Below are positions 14,200 through 20,000 of a stretch of 20,000 nt of DNA, one piece after another; positions within the stretch are counted from its first letter, which is position 1, and each line of letters starts with the position of its first letter. The DNA lies in IMG/VR virus record IMGVR_UViG_3300030101_003309, positions 45,898 to 65,897 of that record. One strand, written 5' to 3'. The position numbers were made by a program, and so were the translations under genes. This DNA comes from an uncultured virus (IMG/VR IMGVR_UViG_3300030101_003309) (lineage: Duplodnaviria > Heunggongvirae > Uroviricota > Caudoviricetes). Under the pieces are notes generated by a model. The model worked only from the letters and a program-made list of their open reading frames with translations. It had not been told where the DNA came from and searched no databases.

Positions 14200-14403
14200 T
14201 TATTTATTAATTAGTTCTTGTACTTTGTTTAACTTTTTTTTGATTTCAATATACTCTAATTTATAATACTGATTATTTTGTCTTAATCTTGAATTTTCTT
14301 TTTTAAGATCATGTAAATCATTAATTAACTCATCTCTTGAATGTTCTATAGGTGTGTTAATACTGTTTTTTGGTAATGCTGGTGCATATTCTTGTTTTTC
14401 CAT
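14200..14403 (-). CDS. Small coiled-coil protein
   Basis: Heptads LINDLHDLKKENSRLRQNN; tight spacing to neighbours. Confidence 0.65.
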   Translation of the reverse strand: MEKQEYAPALPKNSINTPIEHSRDELINDLHDLKKENSRLRQNNQYYKLEYIEIKKKLNKVQELINK

Positions 14404-14406
14404 TAT

Positions 14407-14580
14407 TTATTGTTTTTGATTTTTATTTATTTTTAATTCTTCATACAGATCATATCCATAAGATTCTTGGTGTTCATCGTCTTCATTAAATCTGTCATAA
14501 ACAACACCTTCTATGTCAAACTTGATTTGTATGTAATCTCCACTAGGTAAATATATATATCTATATTTTTTATTTTCCAT
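14407..14580 (-). CDS. 57-aa acidic hypothetical protein (MENKKYRYIYLPSGDYIQIKFDIEGVVYDRFNEDDEHQESYGYDLYEELKINKNQKQ)
   Basis: Hand-translated; overlaps the Rad52 stop and fills the gap. Confidence 0.7.
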   Translation of the reverse strand: MENKKYRYIYLPSGDYIQIKFDIEGVVYDRFNEDDEHQESYGYDLYEELKINKNQKQ

Positions 14581-15052
14581 TTTTGATTTTCCAGTTAATA
14601 TATTTAGTTAATGTATCTCCATCAAAGATAATCTTATCTTTTTCAGGAGCATATGGATAGTCCTTCCCTTTCCATTGTTTAGTTTGTAGCGTTTGTATTG
14701 GTAATCTGTATAAAAATCTACCTATACCCCACTCTACACATGCACGTTTAAATGCATCTGATACGTGACCTTTGTCTTTTTCTACTTTAGTTTCTGATCC
14801 TGTGTCTGATTTCCACACCCATTTACCATATTCTTCAGCACCAGTTTCTGGACAATATATACCTACTTTACAAAACAATAATCCGCTTGCTTCGTAAAAT
14901 ATACTTTGCCAGTTTTCTGGACCACATACTTCGTCTAATATATCCATGCAGTCTCTAGCGTCTATATACGCTACACAGGTAGTTTTTCCGTATTTAGTGG
15001 ACTGTACACGCCACTTATACGGTAGTTCTTTCTTTAGATCGTTTAAATTCAT
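14570..15052 (-). CDS. Rad52/22-family (Sak) single-strand annealing protein
   Basis: WRVQ, VAYIDARDCMDILDEVCGPENWQ, KSDTG, KGHVSDAFKRACVEWGIGRFLY. Confidence 0.9.
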   Translation of the reverse strand: MNLNDLKKELPYKWRVQSTKYGKTTCVAYIDARDCMDILDEVCGPENWQSIFYEASGLLFCKVGIYCPETGAEEYGKWVWKSDTGSETKVEKDKGHVSDAFKRACVEWGIGRFLYRLPIQTLQTKQWKGKDYPYAPEKDKIIFDGDTLTKYINWKIKNGK

Positions 15053-15284
15053 TTTTGTTTTCTTTACTTTGTTTTTTCATTTTTCTAATAGCTGCAGCTG
15101 CAACTACAAATTTTACAAAACGTCTTATCATAACGTTCTTACCTTTTAGTAATAGGGTAATACCTATTTCTTTAAATGTAAGTATAAGAACCTCTTTGAC
15201 AAGTTTTTTGTTAATGCCTAGATCGTAAGCAATCTCATTAATTATGGATAAAAACTTAGATTTTTGCTTATCTTTCTTATTCAT
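15015..15284 (-). CDS. Divergent HU/IHF-like DNA-binding protein
   Basis: IINEIAYDLGINKKLVKEVL...FKEI...LLKGKNVMIRRFVKFVV follows the HU helix-helix-strand pattern (G..V.I.GFG.F); the DNA-binding arm looks shortened. Confidence 0.65.
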   Translation of the reverse strand: MNKKDKQKSKFLSIINEIAYDLGINKKLVKEVLILTFKEIGITLLLKGKNVMIRRFVKFVVAAAAIRKMKKQSKENKNEFKRSKERTTV

Positions 15285-15291
15285 TAGAAAG

Positions 15292-15299
15292 CAAATATA
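15292..15299 (-). promoter_or_regulatory. Bacteroidota -7 promoter element TATATTTG
   Basis: TATATTTG-ctttcta-ATG in a short intergenic gap. Confidence 0.55.
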
Positions 15300-15307
15300 A
15301 TATTTTT

Positions 15308-15466
15308 TTATTTATCATAAAAAATTTGAACAGCTAAATAAAGGGGTACCATAATTAGTGCTGCTACAAACAAACTAAGTATTATACGCCATGTAAAATA
15401 TATAATTGTGCCAAGAACAACAGTTATTATAAGAGGATATTCTTTTATTATTTTCTGTTTATTCAT
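15308..15466 (-). CDS. 52-aa two-TM membrane protein (MNKQKIIKEYPLIITVVLGTIIYFTWRIILSLFVAALIMVPLYLAVQIFYDK)
   Basis: Hand-translated; overlaps the DnaB stop by 8 nt; hydrophobic hairpin. Confidence 0.65.
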   Translation of the reverse strand: MNKQKIIKEYPLIITVVLGTIIYFTWRIILSLFVAALIMVPLYLAVQIFYDK

Positions 15467-16742
15467 AATCAATAAATTTTGTTATTGCACTTTTGAATTT
15501 TAAAGTAACTTCACCTACACCAATGTTTCTACCTTTTGCAAATATTATATTGGCAGTGCCTTTACTTTCTTTGCCGTTATCATTGAATTCTATACCGTAG
15601 TATTCTGGACGATAGATAAGCATTACAACATCTGCTGCTTGTTCTATTTCACCTGATTCTCTAAGATCGGCTAGTGTTGGTTTGCTATTATTACGCATAC
15701 CCACACCTCTGTTAAGCTGGCTTAGTGCGATTACAGTAATATTTAATTCTTTTGCTAAATTTTTTAGTGTTCTAGCTACCTTACTAACTTCCTGTTCGCG
15801 ACTACCTGCTTTGTTTTTTGAACTTACTAACTGTAAGTAATCAATCATGACTAATTTAACTTTTTTTGTTTTAACATATTCTTTTATTCTATGCACTAAA
15901 TATGACAATGATGTAAGATTACCTTCATCTATATTCAAAGGTATTTTTTCTATTTCTCCTATAGATTTATGTATTCTTTTTAATTCATCATTATTTAATG
16001 TGCCATTGGTTATGTATTTATTATTTATTTCTGACTCCATAGAAGCCAGTCTTCTTATTAACTGTAAAGCTGACATTTCATAAGAAAATATTACAGTAGG
16101 TGTATTTGTATATTTAGCTGCATTGTATGCTAGAGCTAAAGCAAAACTTGTTTTACCCATAGATGAGGCACCACCTACTATAATAAGATCTGTTTCTTGC
16201 CAACCTCCTGTAAACCTATCAATATCTTTAAATCCTGAAGCTATACCTAACAAACCATCTGTATTCATACGAACTTCTACGTCTTTTAAAAAAACAGTAA
16301 TTTGTTTACTAATATCTCCAAGTTGCTCAGGTTGTCCTATTTGCAGTTTTGACATTTCGCTTGTCAGCTTACCTACAATAAGTTCAAGTTCTTCATGATT
16401 AGATAATTGATTGTGTACATTATGTACAATGCCTGATAAAGTTCTTTTTTGAAAATTTTCAGTTAACACTCCTATACAAGTTAAAGCTTCCATAAATTCA
16501 AAAGCTTTATCTGCCATTTGTGATAATTGAAATACTACGTTTTTTCCTTTTATTAGTTTACCTACAGTTAATAAATCTATAGTTCTGTTGTCATCATGTA
16601 GATTTAAAAGAGCATGAAAAGTTGCTCTATTAAAGTCATCCTCAAATAAATCTACATGTAGTAGTTTGTGAAACTTGTCAATTAATTTTGGTTCAACTAT
16701 TAATTTACCAAGAAGAGTTTGTTCTATATCATAGTCGTTCAT
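15459..16742 (-). CDS. dnaB: DnaB-like replicative helicase
   Basis: GGASSMGKT Walker A, FSYEMS, MIDYLQL, ALSQLNR, DLRESGEIEQAAD; ATG 16742 preferred over the TTG at 16766, which overlaps a promoter motif. Confidence 0.95.
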   Translation of the reverse strand: MNDYDIEQTLLGKLIVEPKLIDKFHKLLHVDLFEDDFNRATFHALLNLHDDNRTIDLLTVGKLIKGKNVVFQLSQMADKAFEFMEALTCIGVLTENFQKRTLSGIVHNVHNQLSNHEELELIVGKLTSEMSKLQIGQPEQLGDISKQITVFLKDVEVRMNTDGLLGIASGFKDIDRFTGGWQETDLIIVGGASSMGKTSFALALAYNAAKYTNTPTVIFSYEMSALQLIRRLASMESEINNKYITNGTLNNDELKRIHKSIGEIEKIPLNIDEGNLTSLSYLVHRIKEYVKTKKVKLVMIDYLQLVSSKNKAGSREQEVSKVARTLKNLAKELNITVIALSQLNRGVGMRNNSKPTLADLRESGEIEQAADVVMLIYRPEYYGIEFNDNGKESKGTANIIFAKGRNIGVGEVTLKFKSAITKFIDYE

Positions 16743-16763
16743 TTTGATTTTTGTTTGAACCAA

Positions 16764-16771
16764 CAAATATA
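16764..16771 (-). promoter_or_regulatory. Bacteroidota -7 promoter element TATATTTG
   Basis: 21 nt upstream of the dnaB ATG, followed by an A-rich leader. Confidence 0.55.
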
Positions 16772-16786
16772 TAATTATTTACAAAA

Positions 16787-16993
16787 CTAACGTCTTTCGT
16801 CAGCCATCATTTCTAAATAATTTTCTCTTTGTATAGCTTCATACTCATAATCTTCAATAGCTTCACAACCTTCACCACAGTATGAGCATCTGTACTCTGA
16901 CTCGTCCACTCTTTTTCCACAGCAATTGCTTACCATGTCATATCCATAGCCATCATCTGCTGGATTACTTAATTTCCATTGATCGTAATTCAT
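16787..16993 (-). CDS. Small zinc-ribbon-like protein
   Basis: SNCCG...CSYCGEGC; ATG 16993 forms an ATGA overlap with the upstream ORF. Confidence 0.7.
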   Translation of the reverse strand: MNYDQWKLSNPADDGYGYDMVSNCCGKRVDESEYRCSYCGEGCEAIEDYEYEAIQRENYLEMMADERR

Positions 16994-17166
16994 TTTTTCC
17001 AATTTTCTTTAATTATTATATCATTGTGAGTTATCATCCATTGACAATGCAAAGGTTTGTGACCCATTTCTATTAATAGGTCACTTACCTCATCGTCTAA
17101 TATTCTTTCATCTAAAGTATACATGTAAGTAATGTCTTTGAAAAAATCTAATACTATTAGTTTCAT
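16990..17166 (-). CDS. 58-aa hypothetical protein (MKLIVLDFFKDITYMYTLDERILDDEVSDLLIEMGHKPLHCQWMITHNDIIIKENWKK)
   Basis: Hand-translated; ATGA overlaps at both ends. Confidence 0.75.
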   Translation of the reverse strand: MKLIVLDFFKDITYMYTLDERILDDEVSDLLIEMGHKPLHCQWMITHNDIIIKENWKK

Positions 17167-17609
17167 GCTATTTCTTTTTTTAATGCAATAAATTTTTCAG
17201 GTTTACCATCAAATATAATCTCTTTAGCCCAAATATCATATATACGCATGTGCACTTTTCCATCTTTTTTATAAATAGTGTAAGTATATTCTTCGCCACA
17301 ATCTTTGTCATCAGGATGATGTATGTATATATTTCCAATACCATCTTTGTAATGTGCAATTATTTGAGCCGCCAAACATCCCATACCATTCGCAGAAGGT
17401 TTAGGATCAGTAATACTATAACCATTGACAATATTAAAATCTTGCAAAAATTCAGCAAGCTCCATGCCATGACCACTAGGATACCCATCATACTGACGAT
17501 ACATACAAAGTATGTTTTTTGTTGTTTTATGTACTTCATTATTATTTTCTTCATCTGCTACGCATGTTTCATAAGATTCTTCTATGTAAGTTAAGCTTCT
17601 TGTTCCCAT
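17163..17609 (-). CDS. Phage hypothetical protein with MGTR...YRQYDGYP...G motif
   Basis: MGTRS start, MYRQYDGYPSGHG, NGMGCLAAQ, EEYTY; pattern familiar from phage early genes, function unknown. Confidence 0.8.
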   Translation of the reverse strand: MGTRSLTYIEESYETCVADEENNNEVHKTTKNILCMYRQYDGYPSGHGMELAEFLQDFNIVNGYSITDPKPSANGMGCLAAQIIAHYKDGIGNIYIHHPDDKDCGEEYTYTIYKKDGKVHMRIYDIWAKEIIFDGKPEKFIALKKEIA

Positions 17610-17611
17610 AA

Positions 17612-17725
17612 TTATTTCGTTTTAGATTTAGTTTTTTTTAATTCTTTTTCTAATTCTTTTGTTGTTTTGTTTTCTTTAATCATTTTTTTAATTATACCAA
17701 AATATCTTTGTGATAATTCATCCAT
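17612..17725 (-). CDS. 37-aa Lys-rich peptide (MDELSQRYFGIIKKMIKENKTTKELEKELKKTKSKTK)
   Basis: Hand-translated; fills the gap exactly. Confidence 0.55.
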   Translation of the reverse strand: MDELSQRYFGIIKKMIKENKTTKELEKELKKTKSKTK

Positions 17726-17729
17726 AATT

Positions 17730-18335
17730 TTAGTGTTTTATTAGTCCTACTTTGTTATTTTTATTAAACCATTTTGTAGCATACAGATCTATTTTAGATG
17801 CATTGATATAATTATTATTTAGCAATTCTTGATAATTATCAAATATTTTTGTATGTCTATCTATTTTTCTGTTAATCAGATGTTTTTGTTTACCGCTATC
17901 AGAAAATATGATATCATAGTTATCTGGTAGCTTAGCTTCTTTGAGCATTTTTACGCAATTAGTATAGCTGTAGAACTTAACTGCGTGATGCATTACTGCA
18001 AGATCTATCCACTTTTGTAAATACTTAGGTGAATAGTAATCGCCAGAGTCATGTACACGTACAAAGTCTGGTTGTTTTTTTATAATTTCTTTGGACATAG
18101 CTTCTACAAACTGATCTGTAAGTGTAAGCTGGTAACGTTTCTCAAAGGCAGGTTGTACATTACTCCATATGTAAGCACCTTTCTTTGCGTAACAAAACTT
18201 TACACACTCGTCAGCAAAAGGGCAAGTTAGCTTACCACTAGCAGATTTGTATGCAGGTATACCAAAGTTGTATACTTTTACGCCAAGCTCTTTAGATGTT
18301 TTTTTAAGCTTGCTGTTCTGTGTCAGTAAGTTCAT
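17730..18335 (-). CDS. GP88-like protein (Cys-cluster, radical-SAM-like)
   Basis: NSKLKK, TCPFADECVKFCYAKKG, VRVHDSGDYYS, FYSYT; ATG 18335 preferred. Confidence 0.75.
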   Translation of the reverse strand: MNLLTQNSKLKKTSKELGVKVYNFGIPAYKSASGKLTCPFADECVKFCYAKKGAYIWSNVQPAFEKRYQLTLTDQFVEAMSKEIIKKQPDFVRVHDSGDYYSPKYLQKWIDLAVMHHAVKFYSYTNCVKMLKEAKLPDNYDIIFSDSGKQKHLINRKIDRHTKIFDNYQELLNNNYINASKIDLYATKWFNKNNKVGLIKH

Positions 18336-18525
18336 GTATTTCCCAATTATCGTTAGATACATCCATTTGTTCTAGTTCTTTTTCAGCTATTAGATCCCAT
18401 ACACCTATATCTCCTGCTGATATTTTATCATCAATAATATCCATATGATTTCTACCATCATCTGGAAAATGTAATTTTATATATGTAGTGTATGTTCTAC
18501 TAATTGCTACTTCATATGTTTTCAT
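18304..18525 (-). CDS. Small acidic hypothetical protein
   Basis: 73-aa ORF overlapping neighbours. Confidence 0.65.
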   Translation of the reverse strand: MKTYEVAISRTYTTYIKLHFPDDGRNHMDIIDDKISAGDIGVWDLIAEKELEQMDVSNDNWEIHELTDTEQQA

Positions 18526-18769
18526 AATAATAACTTTTAATTCTTTCTATTATACCTCTGCCATTCGCAGTATGAAACCCATAACTATGCGTATACAAAG
18601 AAGGTATTGGTTTATTTTCAATTAACAAATATAATAAATCCCACTCATCAGAATAATCCATATCCTGTTGTGTTTGATTTATAGCCTCTGCTAATGCATA
18701 AGGATCGTGTCTTAATGCTTCTTTTCCATATGTTTTGCATATGTATTTTTCTACATCTAATGCTGTCAT
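18512..18769 (-). CDS. Hypothetical protein
   Basis: 85-aa ORF, ATGA-coupled. Confidence 0.7.
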   Translation of the reverse strand: MTALDVEKYICKTYGKEALRHDPYALAEAINQTQQDMDYSDEWDLLYLLIENKPIPSLYTHSYGFHTANGRGIIERIKSYYYENI

Positions 18770-19032
18770 AGTTCTAATTTTATTTGTTTATGTGATTCTG
18801 TATCCCATTCGTAATAGTATAGTGTATATGTTTTATCTCTACCAAACTTATCAGGAAACGTTTGTTCTCCAAGTAATGGAGTGTTTTGATCTATAGTCAT
18901 TTTCTTGTTACTATGTTCAACAAGTATTTTTGTATTATTGTACTTATACGGCAAAGCCACAAGCTGTTTGTCCTTGTGATCTGGACCTAGCTTGTAGCCT
19001 GGTATAAGTTTTTTAAGAAGATATGGTTTCAT
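18766..19032 (-). CDS. Hypothetical protein
   Basis: 88-aa ORF, ATGA-coupled; FPDKFGR..YTLYYYEW. Confidence 0.7.
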   Translation of the reverse strand: MKPYLLKKLIPGYKLGPDHKDKQLVALPYKYNNTKILVEHSNKKMTIDQNTPLLGEQTFPDKFGRDKTYTLYYYEWDTESHKQIKLEL

Positions 19033-19208
19033 TCCGATGTAATTAATAATACTTCTCCATCTTCTTCGTAACCACTTATCCCTTTATTATATTCTTCTAC
19101 ATCTACAACCCAATAGTTTGTAGGATCATTAGAATTTTGTTGAAAAGTGTTTACTTGTAAGTCTGGATCGCATTCTTGTAATAATTTAATTAGCTCTATT
19201 ACTTTCAT
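19029..19208 (-). CDS. 59-aa protein MKVIELIKLLQECDPDLQV...GEVLLITSE
   Basis: Hand-translated; ATGA overlaps at both ends. Confidence 0.75.
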   Translation of the reverse strand: MKVIELIKLLQECDPDLQVNTFQQNSNDPTNYWVVDVEEYNKGISGYEEDGEVLLITSE

Positions 19209-19381
19209 ATAATATTCATAAATAACGTTATACTTTCATCTCCGTCATCCCACACTTCTATATTGTTAAAAATAACGTCCAAGTCTGTATCCTCTCCATT
19301 AGTTTTATTTCCTAATAAATGTATATACTTATCTTGATTTTCTACTTGTTGTAGTTCTTTAATTAGTTCTATTACTGTCAT
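19205..19381 (-). CDS. 58-aa protein MTVIELIKELQQVENQDKYI...ESITLFMNII
   Basis: Hand-translated; ATGA overlaps at both ends. Confidence 0.75.
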   Translation of the reverse strand: MTVIELIKELQQVENQDKYIHLLGNKTNGEDTDLDVIFNNIEVWDDGDESITLFMNII

Positions 19382-19527
19382 GATTTTTTTAATTTTGATT
19401 CCAAAATTTCTATATATTTCATTAACGCATTTATATAGTATACATCGTCAGACTTTAACTCTTCTAATCTAAATCCGTTAAAGTAATTAAATGCATCATC
19501 TACCTGATCTATAAGTTTTCTACCCAT
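19378..19527 (-). CDS. 49-aa helical protein (MGRKLIDQVDDAFNYFNGFRLEELKSDDVYYINALMKYIEILESKLKKS)
   Basis: Hand-translated; overlaps both neighbours. Confidence 0.7.
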   Translation of the reverse strand: MGRKLIDQVDDAFNYFNGFRLEELKSDDVYYINALMKYIEILESKLKKS

Positions 19528-19771
19528 TTACTTTGCTTTTATAAGTTGTTCTATTCTTTTTAGAGTCAACGTGTACAACGCTTTTAAGCGTCCATAACGC
19601 TGTTTCTTTCTTAACAGTAGCGTAGCATTCCTGTATAAGTTCTTGCCTTTGTTCTTCAATAGATCTTGTAGGATCCACAGTAATACTTTGACCATAATTA
19701 ATCTTAATAGCTTCAAAGTTACCGATGTTAATAGTTTTGCTGACATTAAATGATATTGTATTAGTTTCCAT
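19520..19771 (-). CDS. Phage hypothetical protein with TINIGNFE motif
   Basis: SKTINIGNFEAIKI beta-hairpin followed by a helix; AAATT-ATG start context. Confidence 0.7.
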   Translation of the reverse strand: METNTISFNVSKTINIGNFEAIKINYGQSITVDPTRSIEEQRQELIQECYATVKKETALWTLKSVVHVDSKKNRTTYKSKVNG

Positions 19772-19774
19772 AAT

Positions 19775-19951
19775 TTATTTTTTAAAATAGTTTAATAATT
19801 CAGTTAAGTTTAAATAATATATAGACCATCCATCTACAGTACAGTGTACTTCCCATTTGTCTGTATTTGCTCTTCTTATTAATTTTGTTGAAAGTCCTTT
19901 TTTAATTTCTAAGTGTTCATTCATACTCATTGATAAAAATTTTTTTTTCAT
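19775..19951 (-). CDS. 58-aa hypothetical protein (MKKKFLSMSMNEHLEIKKGLSTKLIRRANTDKWEVHCTVDGWSIYYLNLTELLNYFKK)
   Basis: Hand-translated; stop 3 nt before the next ATG; alternative starts possible. Confidence 0.6.
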   Translation of the reverse strand: MKKKFLSMSMNEHLEIKKGLSTKLIRRANTDKWEVHCTVDGWSIYYLNLTELLNYFKK

Positions 19952-20000
19952 AATTAATTTTTAAAGTTTTTATTGTACCATTGTTTCATAGAATTAAGTT

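Noticed and set aside
11256..19746. Shadow ORFs in the - arm (11256-11450, 13868-14089, 14946-15149, 15847-16083, 16123-16398, 16882-17076, 17250-17594, 17360-17554, 19528-19746)
   Set aside because: Overlap recognisable genes in other frames; no motifs or good start context.
1..20000. Stop-codon reassignment as in some crAss-like phages
   Set aside because: Genes are intact under code 11, and TAA, TAG and TGA all occur at gene ends adjacent to the next start.

Overview
AT-rich, gene-dense segment of a tailed dsDNA phage or prophage. The host is most likely a (marine) Flavobacteriales/Bacteroidota bacterium, inferred from TAnnTTTG promoter motifs, A-rich leaders without Shine-Dalgarno sequences, signal peptides cleaved before Gln and a T9SS-type C-terminal domain. 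Two convergent arms meet at ~10500. The + arm (1-10500) starts with an unusual cell-envelope cassette: a beta-barrel OMP, a Cys-rich micropeptide, a TM/coiled-coil protein, an exported thioredoxin-fold protein lacking CxxC, and a 736-aa GCxD-repeat protein with a T9SS-like CTD. It continues with a 3TM holin, two paralogous putative virion proteins, a DUF5675-like lysis candidate, a repeat-rich tail fibre and an HTH-fused metallophosphoesterase. The - arm (10509-19951) holds replication/recombination genes (DUF3310, RecE/ExoVIII-like nuclease, stand-alone DnaA domain IV, RusA-like, SSB-like, Rad52/Sak, HU-like, DnaB, GP88-like) and many translationally coupled small ORFs. I read ten ORFs under 60 aa by hand that are absent from the supplied track (one on the + arm, nine on the - arm). 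Two intergenic regions of the - arm (12229-12327, 13494-13617) fold into strand-specific RNA structures. No tRNA, rRNA, CRISPR, integrase or transposase was seen. Family assignments come from motif recognition, not database searches.
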